The notes under the pieces were generated by a model. That model was given only the letters and a program-made list of their open reading frames with translations, was not told where the DNA came from and did no database searches. From a virus, in the IMG/VR virus record IMGVR_UViG_3300033233_000031, positions 7,489 through 71,488 of that record: a stretch of DNA of 64,000 nucleotides; one strand, written 5' to 3'. Each line of letters opens with the position of its first letter. Position 1 is the first letter of the stretch. Positions 48,138 to 58,375 of this stretch are shown one piece after another. Position numbers and translations under genes: made by a program.

Positions 48138-48688
48138 ATGCGCTCCTGCTCGCACCACACTCGGATGACGAGGCGCTCTTCGCCTGTTACCTCTGCCTGG
48201 CGTTCAAGCCTCACATCGTCATCTGCACCGTGTCGCAGGCGCAGGAATCCTATGGCGTCAGTGCCGAGGAGCGAGCGTCCGAGAGCCTTGCGGTAGCTGA
48301 CCTCCTGGGGTGCGCCTGCACCCAGCTCGACTTCCTCGACACCGATCGCGGCGCGATCCGCAAGCCACTCATCGGCTGGCTCGAGCTCCACCGCGCGCAC
48401 AGCGAGGAGTACGACGTCGTCTTCGCGCCGGCGGTGGAGGAGGGTGGCAATGAGCAGCACAGTGCCGTGGGAGAAGCTGCCGACGAGGTGTACGGTGAGA
48501 TCGTCGTCCACTACCTCACCTACACGAGCGACGGCCGTTCGCGAAGCGACACAGAGTCAGAACCGCGCGACCCAGACTGGATAGGGATCAAGCTCGAAGC
48601 TCTTTCTCGCTATCGCTCACAGCTCCGTGTGCCAAACTGCCGCCCTTGGTTCTTCGATCTACTCGACCTTCGGGAGTGGCTGCAATGA
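48134..48688 (+). CDS. PIG-L/LmbE-family deacetylase
   Basis: LAPHSDDEAL, R..ES, GNEQH and KLEALSRYRSQ motifs. Confidence 0.85.
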   Translation: MNALLLAPHSDDEALFACYLCLAFKPHIVICTVSQAQESYGVSAEERASESLAVADLLGCACTQLDFLDTDRGAIRKPLIGWLELHRAHSEEYDVVFAPAVEEGGNEQHSAVGEAADEVYGEIVVHYLTYTSDGRSRSDTESEPRDPDWIGIKLEALSRYRSQLRVPNCRPWFFDLLDLREWLQ

Positions 48689-48996
48689 GCGATGGATCTG
48701 GCGGCAAGAGCGCCGCGGAGATGGCGCAGGCGGAGATGGATTTGCTCCTCTCTCGCCCGATCCGTGCTGCCTGCTCCTTCTGCCCGTGGTCGTACGAAGG
48801 CATCTTCGGAGATGCGCGCGAGCTGTCAGAGGCTCATCGGCAAGAAGCGCATCCTGAAGCCAAGCCTGTGATCTCGCGCCGCAAGCGTCGGACCCTGACG
48901 CTCAGGCAGCCGCGACTCAGCGATGCGGAGCTGGAGGAGATCGAGGTCGAGCGCAGGCGCCGCGCGGCTGCACTTGGGATCGACCTTGGACCCTGA
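48685..48996 (+). CDS. C2H2-like zinc-binding hypothetical protein
   Basis: CSFC...HRQEAH. Confidence 0.5.
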   Translation: MSDGSGGKSAAEMAQAEMDLLLSRPIRAACSFCPWSYEGIFGDARELSEAHRQEAHPEAKPVISRRKRRTLTLRQPRLSDAELEEIEVERRRRAAALGIDLGP

Positions 48997-49345
48997 TCCT
49001 CGCCCTACCGGCGCTATTCGCGATCCCGATCTACTGCGCGCCCTTCATCTGACCTGGCTGGAGTGCGCGATCTGTGAGCGATCAGACGTGAGACTCTCGC
49101 TGCACCATGTGCTCAAGAACCCACGCCAGGACGTGAGGGAAGGTCTCATGATGCTCTGCGGCGACGGTGTGCAGGGTTGCCATGGGCTGATCGAGGCGAA
49201 CGACCGCGAGGCGCGGCGAGCTCTGGCACAGTACATCGTCGACCAGCGTCCTGACATCGTTCAGCACCTGATCGCCCGGCTCGGCGAGATCGTCGCGCAG
49301 AATTGGCTCGAGCGGCGTTTGCAAGGAGTCATGAAGGTGGGCTAG
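48986..49345 (+). CDS. HNH-type endonuclease
   Basis: CAIC..LHHV..LCGDGVQGCHG. Confidence 0.75.
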   Translation: MDPDPRPTGAIRDPDLLRALHLTWLECAICERSDVRLSLHHVLKNPRQDVREGLMMLCGDGVQGCHGLIEANDREARRALAQYIVDQRPDIVQHLIARLGEIVAQNWLERRLQGVMKVG

Positions 49346-49420
49346 ACTGACTCAGACAGGCAGTCGAGCCGCGCCGTTCGTCACACCGCCGAACGGAAGG
49401 TCTGACTCCTTTCACTGGGT

Positions 49421-49449
49421 ACGAGGAGCCCCCGCAAGGGGCTCTTCGT
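49421..49449 (+). terminator. hairpin terminator
   Basis: ACGAGGAGCCCC-CGCAA-GGGGCTCTTCGT. Confidence 0.65.
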
Positions 49450-49516
49450 CTGTGTAAAGACAACTCCGTCCTGTCTCGTAGCTTTAATCCGGGCATCCGA
49501 CGACGGAGGAGGCGCA

Positions 49517-49954
49517 GTGGATGTGATTCTCGGGAAGGCTGGCCGTGCGGCGCTCAGAGCCGGACTAGTGATTGCGGTAACGCTCGCGGCTGGAATTCTC
49601 AACGCACCGAACTTGCAGGAAGCGAAGGCGCTCGCGACAGCCGCGTCGATCGCGATCCTGGTCGCGGCGGTGGGGGCTCTTCGCGCGTTCGTTCCAGGCT
49701 TCGCGGAAGCACTCGCGGCGGCCCTCCACGTTCCAGTCGCATACGCGGACGTCTTCATCTCGACAGCAACGACGTTCGTGCTCGGCTTCATCGCACTCTC
49801 AGAGGGCGTCCTGTCATCACCTGATTGGCATGCGGCAAAGGCCGCTGGGGTGGCGGGGATCGTCGCTATCGGAGATGCGCTCATCAAAATCGCCTCGAAC
49901 TGGCTCACGGCCGGGAACTCTCCCAAGCCTGAGCACGGATTCGGCGGCGTATAG
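49517..49954 (+). CDS. 4-TM holin-like membrane protein
   Basis: Internally duplicated two-TM unit; GGAGGAGG RBS. Confidence 0.6.
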   Translation: MDVILGKAGRAALRAGLVIAVTLAAGILNAPNLQEAKALATAASIAILVAAVGALRAFVPGFAEALAAALHVPVAYADVFISTATTFVLGFIALSEGVLSSPDWHAAKAAGVAGIVAIGDALIKIASNWLTAGNSPKPEHGFGGV

Positions 49955-50179
49955 GTGAACGAGCAGACGACGGCGGGCGTCAGGGTTGGGGCTGGTGGGG
50001 GCTCCGGCCTCGGCCTCGGCGTCCTCGTCGTCTGGCTAGCTGGCAACCGTGGCGTGGATATGCCCGCCGAAGTAGGCACTGTCATCGGCGCAATGGCGAT
50101 GGGCGGCGGGGCAGCTGTCGGAGCCTGGGGCATCATCGGCTGCTGCAAGCGCCTGTTGTACGGCCGTGGTCAGGGCTAG
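49955..50179 (+). CDS. 2-TM holin-like protein
   Basis: LGVLVVWLAG..GVDMPAEVG. Confidence 0.55.
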   Translation: MNEQTTAGVRVGAGGGSGLGLGVLVVWLAGNRGVDMPAEVGTVIGAMAMGGGAAVGAWGIIGCCKRLLYGRGQG

Positions 50180-50340
50180 GATCCCTCCGTGGCACAGATC
50201 ATCGCGCAGCCCCTCACGGTCCAAGTCGTGACGACCTCGATCCAGGTCGCGATCTCGCCCGCCATCGCAGTGACCGAGGCGCAGGTGCTCAGCAAGAGCT
50301 TGTCGACCTCCCCGCTTACCGTCCTGATCCAGCCCGCCTG

Positions 50341-50826
50341 ATGGCCAACTTCACCTTCAACGTCTCGCTGGGCCGCGTGGTCGAGTTCTACTCGCGCGTC
50401 GACGGGAACGACCCGGCGAACTCAGCCCTGATCCTCGTCGTTCTGGCGAACGCCGGGCTCGAGACCGACGCGATCCTCAAGGCGAAGACCACTCTCGCTG
50501 ACGTGGTCTCCGGCACGACGAACGAGGTCACGAACACGGGCTACTCCCGCAAGACGCTGACCGACTCAGATCTCTCCGCCTACACGGTCGACAACACGAA
50601 CGGCCAGATCGTTCTTTCGATCGGCACGCAGACCTTCTCGTCCATCTCCGCCGGCGACCTCTGGCGAAAGCTCCTGGTCTGCTACGACAGCGACACGACG
50701 GGCGGCACCGACGCGAACATCATCCCCGTGACGGCGCACGACCTCCTGCTTGACGGAGCCGCGATCACCCCGGCCGGGTCGAACATCTTGATCTCTGACC
50801 CGACTGGCTTCGCTGTGGCGCGCTAG
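50341..50826 (+). CDS. virion structural protein (tentative)
   Basis: MANFTFN..G, TNEVTNTGYSRKTL; Thr/Asp-rich beta composition. Confidence 0.55.
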   Translation: MANFTFNVSLGRVVEFYSRVDGNDPANSALILVVLANAGLETDAILKAKTTLADVVSGTTNEVTNTGYSRKTLTDSDLSAYTVDNTNGQIVLSIGTQTFSSISAGDLWRKLLVCYDSDTTGGTDANIIPVTAHDLLLDGAAITPAGSNILISDPTGFAVAR

Positions 50827-50934
50827 AACCGGGCGGCGGACCGAAGTAGCCCTCTTGGTAGAGGATCACCCAACAGCGGTGACAGAACGGATTGTTGCGC
50901 AACTTCTCCCAGTGCCCGCATCGAGCGCAGCCGC

Positions 50935-52656
50935 TCACTTGACGAACATCAGGTCTTCAGCCCGTACGCGACCGGGACCGGAGCGCGCGATCACTCCGAG
51001 CGAGGTCAGGCTTGAGACGAGGTTGTTGAAGTTGCCCGACTGCGTGTAGCCGGTCTGCGCTGCCAACTCCTCGCGCGAGATATCTCCCTCGTAGGCATCG
51101 AGGATGACTGCGAATACGCGCTGCTGGGCAGGCTTGAGCTTCTCCATCACCCGCTCGCGCAAGTCAGCCGTCGTGAGTGCGGCGATCGGATACACAGCCA
51201 GATCGCGACCTAGGTCAGTGAGCTCGACGGCTCCAGGCGTTGGGTAGATCAGGACATCGGCCGAGGAGAGCTTCGAGATGATGTTGTTGAAGTTCCCGCT
51301 CTGGCGATAGCCAGCGAGCAAGGCGACGCGGAGACGATCGGCCTCAATGCTGGTCGATTCCAGCCAGGCTACGGCATTGATCACCCTCTGTTGAGCATCA
51401 GTCGGCTTGAAGCCATTCGACGAGACTGGAGTTACCGCTGGCGTGACCGCGGCGACAGGCTTGGTCGCCCGTGAAGCTGAGGCAACCGTCCGTCGATTCC
51501 GCTCGTCGTATGACTTCCGCTCGGACAAGGCGAGAATGATCTCGTCCGCCTTGACGATGATCGGCTCTATGATCTCGGTCGCCAGGCCGCGTAGCTCATG
51601 GACGACAGTCTCCAGGTCGGCGATATCCGAGTCGCCCAGGACAGGGATCTCGACTGCGACCTCTTGGATCTTCTCCTCGACCGGCCGTGACTGCAGCTGC
51701 TTCTCCAGCTGGATGATGCGCTTGCGAAGCTCTGTGGGATCCGATGCCTTGACCCGCTCCACAGTCGCAGCCATGCGCGCGCCGAGATCATCAAGATCGA
51801 TCTCAGCCATCTTGCGCGGCTGGGCTGCGATCTCTCCTGGCTTGGGCGTCCGGTAGCTGTCGAAGGTCTTGATCTCACGGATGTCGATCTGCTCGAGGAT
51901 GTCGCGAACAGGCGACCAGACCCACGCGGTGCCGGTACGAAGCCCAGGCAGCGTGTCGAGCACGCCGCCGCCGCCGGCGAGCGCGTGGTGCGAGATCCAG
52001 CCCTCGATCGCCTTGCGGTCGTGCGGACCAGGCGTCCGCATGATGATCAGCGTCTCGGCGAGGGCAAGCACGTTCTTGTTCAGCGCGGCGGAGCGCTGCG
52101 TGATCAAGGTACAGCCGAGACCGCGCGAGCGGCCGCGACGAACGATCGCCTCCAGTGCGCCGAGCATGAAGGGCTCGTCGCGCCCCAGTGGCTTCTGTGG
52201 GGCGAATTCGTCAGCCTCGTCGATGATCAGATGCAGGGTGCCACGGTTCGCGGCCTTGCGCCGGTAGAGCCTCTCGGCGAAGGAGCGAACGAAGCGCGAC
52301 TGGGCACCCTTCGACTCGAAACTGGAGAGATCGAGCACGAACGAGTTCGTGCCCTCTGCGGCCAGATCAGCGAGAACGTCACCGGCCGTGGCCTCAAGAG
52401 GAAGATCGCCATGCTCACCACCGAAGATGTAGATCGGCAGACCATCCGAGGCGCCCTTCCCGCGCAAGCCCCAGTAGACCCCGGTCGGATCGAGCACGAC
52501 GACGGGAACGCCGGCGTCGTGCAACTCCTCGACCAGAACGGCCGAGGTGTAGCTCTTCCCAGCTCCGCGCGTAGCCAGAATCGCGGTCGCCTCACCGGCG
52601 ACTTCGAGCGGCAGCGAGAAGGTGGAGTTCAGCTCGAGCCGAGTCTTCGCCGCCAT
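50935..52656 (-). CDS. HerA/FtsK-like (DUF87) ATPase with coiled coil and tandem C-terminal winged helices
   Basis: ATRGAGKS Walker A, VLDPTG, IIDEAD Walker B and RRGRSRGLG..ITQR arginine finger. Confidence 0.85.
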   Translation of the reverse strand: MAAKTRLELNSTFSLPLEVAGEATAILATRGAGKSYTSAVLVEELHDAGVPVVVLDPTGVYWGLRGKGASDGLPIYIFGGEHGDLPLEATAGDVLADLAAEGTNSFVLDLSSFESKGAQSRFVRSFAERLYRRKAANRGTLHLIIDEADEFAPQKPLGRDEPFMLGALEAIVRRGRSRGLGCTLITQRSAALNKNVLALAETLIIMRTPGPHDRKAIEGWISHHALAGGGGVLDTLPGLRTGTAWVWSPVRDILEQIDIREIKTFDSYRTPKPGEIAAQPRKMAEIDLDDLGARMAATVERVKASDPTELRKRIIQLEKQLQSRPVEEKIQEVAVEIPVLGDSDIADLETVVHELRGLATEIIEPIIVKADEIILALSERKSYDERNRRTVASASRATKPVAAVTPAVTPVSSNGFKPTDAQQRVINAVAWLESTSIEADRLRVALLAGYRQSGNFNNIISKLSSADVLIYPTPGAVELTDLGRDLAVYPIAALTTADLRERVMEKLKPAQQRVFAVILDAYEGDISREELAAQTGYTQSGNFNNLVSSLTSLGVIARSGPGRVRAEDLMFVK

Positions 52657-55600
52657 CACCAGACCTCGCGGTCGTTGCGGTGGATCCACTCGTGATGAGC
52701 GACGGCACCGACGATGGCGCAGCAGATGCCGAAGAGCATGATGAGAACGATGTCCATTGAGATCTCCTTGTCGCTGGGTTTCGGAACTATACGGCGACGC
52801 GCTTCCGGCGTCGATCTTTCTTGCGTCGGTCCTGTGCCTCCTGGACGCGAGTGAGCAGATCGTCCAGGCCGTTCTCGTCGATCGCTTGAGCAACGTGGCA
52901 GAGCAGCTCGCCGATCGTCTGCTCCTCCACAGCAGTGAAGGAGGCGTCACGCCAGGCGCCGTGCCCCTTGGCATCCGGATCGGGCTTCCAGTGCAAGCGC
53001 ACGCAGGGTGCTGTGCGCGAGTCGCCTGTCTTCAGATCGAGGATCAGCGCACACGGCTCGATCTCCAGATAGACGAGCTCTGGGCTGACCCTCATGCCCC
53101 GAGTTCCTTCCGTCCTGCCGTCGTCAACTCCCAGAGCGTTGGGCGCGTGGCGGCACGGCGAGCCAGGCCGCGGTCCTCCAAGCGTCGCAGGATCGAATGC
53201 ACCTGATCCCAGCTGAAGTGCCCCGTGTCGCGGCTCCTAGACCAGGACGCATCGACGATCCCCTTGACGATCCTAGGCTGATGTCGCATGAGCTCCAGAA
53301 CGGTGCGCTGGTTGCGCGTCAGTGCGTTCATTTCTTCTTCCTCTCCTCTTTGAAGTTCGCCTTCCCGGCCACGCGGTCGATGCCCATCGGCACACGCACC
53401 GGAAGCCCGAACTCGATCCGATAGCGGTCATCCTCGCCGTCTGGTCTGCCGTCGAACTCCCAGGCGGCATACGCCTCAGCTCTGTGAATCCGCTCTTCGC
53501 GGACTTCCCCAGTCTCGCCGCGCAGGTCGGCCTCGATCCCAGCGCCCCGGCGTCCTTCCGCGATCGCCTCATCCCGGAACTCGTTGTGGAGCAGATCGGC
53601 CATCGAGTCAGGCAGGTCAGACATCGATGTCTTCGAATGGATAGACCGCGACCTCGACAACGCTCGGCGGGTCCGGCTGCAGCTTCGAGCAGATGATCGT
53701 GAACGCCTCTTGAGCCTGGCGACGAACATCATCCGCGCTCTCGCCCTCGACGACGGGCGTGCGCAACGTCACCTCGACCGTGAACTTCACAGCTGCCCCA
53801 CTTCGACCTCGGCCCGCGTCGGTTCCTTGACGGGCTCGATGGCAAGCTCCAGATCGGTGAATATCAGCTGGAAACGCTCCGCTGACGAGCCCATGATCAT
53901 CGGCCCGAGCCCATAGCGCTCTGACAACTTCTCGTACAGGGATGGGTGCAGCTTCTCGAAGCCGAGCAGCAGAATGTCGCTGCCCGAGCGACCCAGGCTG
54001 ATCGACGCCGTCTCGTAGAGGTCTGACACGAGGACATCGCCCTCGAGATCTCGCCCCATCCGGATCCCGTCAAGAGATGGCCTCGATGAGGGTGCCGGTC
54101 GCCTCCTCACCTTCGCGCGCCTGGTGGTCAAGCGCCCATGGCCGAACATGCAGCGTTACCTTCATTCCGCCTCCTCCACGTAGTGTCTTTCCTTGGCGTA
54201 GCCATCGAGAGAATCCAGCCGCTCGTTCGCGTCGTACTCGGCCTCGGCCTCGGTTTTGTAGACGCGGGTCGACGTAGCATGATGCGTCCAGTGGACCCAC
54301 TTCTGCTCGATCACGTACTTCCAACCATGACGGAACCAGCCGTCATAGCGCACGATGTAGGCGCGGTACTCATACGGCCAGCCACGGGCGGTCACCGTCC
54401 TCATCGCGCGACCTTCACATTCGATAGTCGCGGGCCGAGCCCCTGGAGCAGCGCGCTGCAGCTCGCCTTCGGATAGAGCTCGTCGACGCGGCAGGTGACC
54501 CCTGTCTCGGTACGCCAGAGGATCTCGTTGCCCTTCGGCTTGTCACGCGTCTGCCAGAGTGGAACGAAGATGCAGAAGAGGAACAGGCCCACCCCGATCA
54601 CAACGCCGAGGAAGAAGCTACCCCCATCGAAGTGGCCCTTCTCGTGCGTGCACGGCTCGCTCATATCCGCCTACCGATCGAATCTTCAGCGCCCTGAGGA
54701 TGACCGTGCAGTTCGCTCAACAAGCCCTCGTTCAGTTCGAGCAGACCCGTCGCTCTCGTCACTTCCCGACGCGAATACTCGCTCAGGCGTTTGGCCGTTC
54801 GGAGTGCTAGGTGGCCGACGATGACGGCAGCGCTGCCGACCGCTAGCGCAGTAAGGGTGAGGACCCATGCCCACCAGGTCATGATGCGAACCCCGGATCG
54901 GGGTAGCCGTGTTGCACCACGAACATGTCGCCGCATTTCTCGCATCGCGCCTCACAGCGCCACGTCGGCCGGGATTGGCACGCCATCGCAACGGCGAATA
55001 CGTCAGCCGCCGCTAGGGAATGTGCACATGGCTTCTTGGTCGAAGACAGCCGTCTCTTCAGGAACGACATCATTACTCTCCCTCCCAGCGCACGCAGCCG
55101 AAGTTCTCGGCCGTGTAGAGGTTCGCTTTGTAGCCACTGCCGTCGGCGATGCCGAAGCCATCAGCGCTGATCGGCGTCTCACAGAAGGTGAGCTCTGGGT
55201 GCTTGCAGGTGCGGACCTCGTAGCCCATCTCCTTCGGCTCGTAGGTCTCCTCATCGACCGGATTCGCGACCCCGTCGTATCCCTCGACTGGCGTCCACCA
55301 GCGGCAGTTCTTGCAGTTGCTCATCGGCGCACAGCCTCCTTGAGGCTCTCCTGCCAGACGAGGAGCGACTCGGCGTATTGATCGACTGTGAGCACGAACT
55401 CCTCCCTCCCATTCGGCGCAGTCTCCGACAGGAACTCGACCGTGACTGTGGTCAGGCCGAAGATCGGCCTCGGCTGCTCGAGGCGATAGCCAGGCTCGAT
55501 CACTTCGGTGCAGAGCCGACAGCGCCACTCGCCGACGTCGTACTCCTGACCGTCGTACTCGTCCCCGACCCAGTGCTTGCCGGTCACGACCCATTCGAGC

Positions 55601-57245
55601 GTGGGCAGCTCTCCGGTTGACCAGAAATGGCCGTGGCCATTCAAGTCGACGTAGCGCCACTTCTCGTCCGGGACCTTCACCATCTCGCCGAGCACCTCCG
55701 TGGGCATCTGCTCGCGGTTGACCGAGACCGAGAACTTCGGGTAGGTCATGCTCATGGGCACTTCGATCTCCTCTGGCTCGACACTCATAGCCCTGCCATC
55801 TTCTCCACCGCCGCTACGAGGCGACGCATCAGCTCCATCATCTCCTTGCGCTCCCGTCGCTTGCGGCGCCAGATCGCCAGGAGCCCGAGCCCGATGATGC
55901 AGTCGAGCCCGATTGCGAACGCGACCACGACGCTCATGTCTGGATCTCGCCTTCGGCGACGCGCGCGCGCACGATCTCGGTCAGTTCCGACCAGCAGTCG
56001 CCGCACATCTCCTGCCACTCCTCTCGAGCCGGCCGCCACGACAGCGCCCGGGAGAAGAACTGCCACACGGTGCGATGTACTTGGTAGACAGCCGTGTCGC
56101 CCGAGCGGTTCATGTTGCCGAGCACGGGGAGCTTGCGGCCGCATACGTCGCAGCTATGGATGGTGCGCTTCACACCGAACCCTCCTCGGTTGCGGGGGAA
56201 GAAGTGCGAGCGAGTGTGAACGCTGCGAAGCATGGTGTGCATCCGTCATGTGGCATGGCACCAGCTTGGTGAGGCGCGTTCTCGGCCAACCATTCCAGCG
56301 CCTCCCTTAGCGCGGCTACCTCAGCCGCTCGCACGATTGCGCGCTCCCGCCAATATTCCCCGCGCTTCGCCGCTTCGTCTCTCTCGGCCCGGAGCGTGGC
56401 AAGCTCGGCGAGGAGAGCGAGGACGGCCTGGGCGAGGTTCGGCACCCTGCCAGTCACGCCCGCGTACGGCTCCGGCTGCCGGTCTGAGGTCAACTCATGC
56501 GCCTCAAGCAACGAGACCTCGGCCAAGGCGCGTATCTCCTGCTCACGCTCAGGCGTCATGGTTAGCTCCCGAACGCTTCCCGATGTCCTCAGCCCATGCC
56601 TCACTAATCACAGCGCCGACGAAGATCGGGAAGACGTACCACCAGGGCAGTACCACCAGGGCAGCCAGTGAAGAAAAAGAGCGGGCAGCATCGCAAGCCA
56701 AAGCGGCCCGGCGGCGAGGAATCGTTCACTCATCAGTGTCTCCCCTTTCCTGTGGGGTTGGGGAAGGAGCGGTGAGCAGATGAACGCCTGCGCCTTTGCA
56801 GCCAGGGCATACGGCCTTCGGCGGCCACTGCGATACGTCGGGCACGCTGCCGGTTCCGTCACAGTGACGACACGGCACCTGCACCACTGGCACGCTCGTC
56901 CAGAGATCACTCATCGTTCGCCTCCTGTGGGGTTGGGATAGCCCCAGCAGCGTCGAGACGGGCGAGGGAGTCTCCGAGAACCAGCCACGCGCCGTCAGCG
57001 GCCTCCGCCGATGCGTCTATCGAAAGGATCCTCCGCGCTTCTCGCGCCGCTTCTACGACTGCTTCCTGCGCCAGCCAGTCATCGCAGAGAGCGACGACCT
57101 CCTCTTCGTCGAGCCATTCGCCGTGTCCCTCGACGATCATCTGGCGCAGTTCCCCTACCTGTTCTGCGGTCGGGCGGTTCATGGGCGGCGGCTCGCTCAT
57201 CGGCGCGCGGTCAGGACTCATCGAGTGGAAGCCGGGCGCGGTCAC
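52656..57245 (-). other. array of roughly 18 short, translationally coupled hypothetical early genes
   Basis: Successive ATGA/GTGA overlaps; includes a winged-helix ORF (53092-53331), several Cys-pair proteins and a DnaJ-type CxxCxGxG protein (56726-56914). Confidence 0.7.
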
Positions 57246-58375
57246 GCGACATACCCGGGCGTGACATAGCCGAGCCCGCCAGCCTTCGCGCCGGCTTCAT
57301 AGGATGCGCCATCGCCGATATGCGCCTTGCCGAGCATGTCGGCACCAGCGACCCAGCTGACGAAGTTGCCGACGGCGTCGCTACCGGCTATCGCAGCGCG
57401 GGTCGGGTCAGCTGGCGCGGTGTAGAAGCCACTGGCATCTGGCATCACCCACTTGCGCGCGTCCGTGCCGTACGCGCCAGCGAGCTGGCGCAGCCAGAAG
57501 TTCGAGAGGCTCACTCGTGACGTGTTGCCCCACTTGTCGGTCCGGTAGGTCTTCCAGAGCAAGTGCTCCGAAGAGGCCGAGGAGCCGTCGAGCTGCACGT
57601 TGCGGAAGTCGCCGCCGCCGAACGGGCCGTCGTGGTTGCCGAGGAAGATGCCCTGGTACTCGCTACGACCCGAGAAGCGATCGATCAGCAGGTTGCGCAC
57701 GCCGCCGTACTGCCACGGGTTGTTGCCGACATCCCACAGCTGGACGCAGACGAAGTGCGTCTCGCAGGAGAAGTTCTGCAGGACGACGTCGGCGCCCTGG
57801 TACGGAGGTCCGCCAGTCGAGAGGCCAACGCAGGCGTCGATCACGCCCTTGCCGGAGAGCTTGAAGCCTTCGAGATGAACGCGGCCGGTACAGGCGAAGA
57901 CGGCTACCTGTGCCGAGGAGTTCTGATCGTTGACCATCTCGCAGCCCAGGCCGACGACGTTGCGCCAGCCCTGCAGAGTGAGGATCCGCTCGCGCAGAAC
58001 CTCCTTGAAGTCGAGCAGGAGATCGAGGCCGGGCGAGGGCGCGACGAAGCGCGAGCTCGTGTTCGTGACCTGCTTGACGATTGGACTCGAGAGCGACGGC
58101 GGTGCCCAGGAGAGCTTTCCCACAAGCGACGGCGGGTCAGTGATCGCGCCAGAAGCTATGGAGCCAAGGATGACCACGCCATATTCGTGCGGCATGCCAT
58201 CGCCGGGCCTGCCGATCCTCACCCAGTTCTGTGTCTTCGAGCTCGAGGCGTGCCGCTTGTTATCAGTCAGGGTCTGCGACCCGTCGATGGTAGGAATAAA
58301 TCCTTCCTGCCCGTCGACGAAGTCCCAGCCGATCGTGATCGTTGTCGGGGTCTCCGTGATCTTGTAGACGTTCAT
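57242..58375 (-). CDS. beta-rich protein, possible FN3-like plus parallel beta-helix domains
   Basis: TTITIGWD N-terminus; repeated short beta strands with Asn/Asp ladder-like pattern; GGAGG RBS. Confidence 0.5.
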   Translation of the reverse strand: MNVYKITETPTTITIGWDFVDGQEGFIPTIDGSQTLTDNKRHASSSKTQNWVRIGRPGDGMPHEYGVVILGSIASGAITDPPSLVGKLSWAPPSLSSPIVKQVTNTSSRFVAPSPGLDLLLDFKEVLRERILTLQGWRNVVGLGCEMVNDQNSSAQVAVFACTGRVHLEGFKLSGKGVIDACVGLSTGGPPYQGADVVLQNFSCETHFVCVQLWDVGNNPWQYGGVRNLLIDRFSGRSEYQGIFLGNHDGPFGGGDFRNVQLDGSSASSEHLLWKTYRTDKWGNTSRVSLSNFWLRQLAGAYGTDARKWVMPDASGFYTAPADPTRAAIAGSDAVGNFVSWVAGADMLGKAHIGDGASYEAGAKAGGLGYVTPGYVA

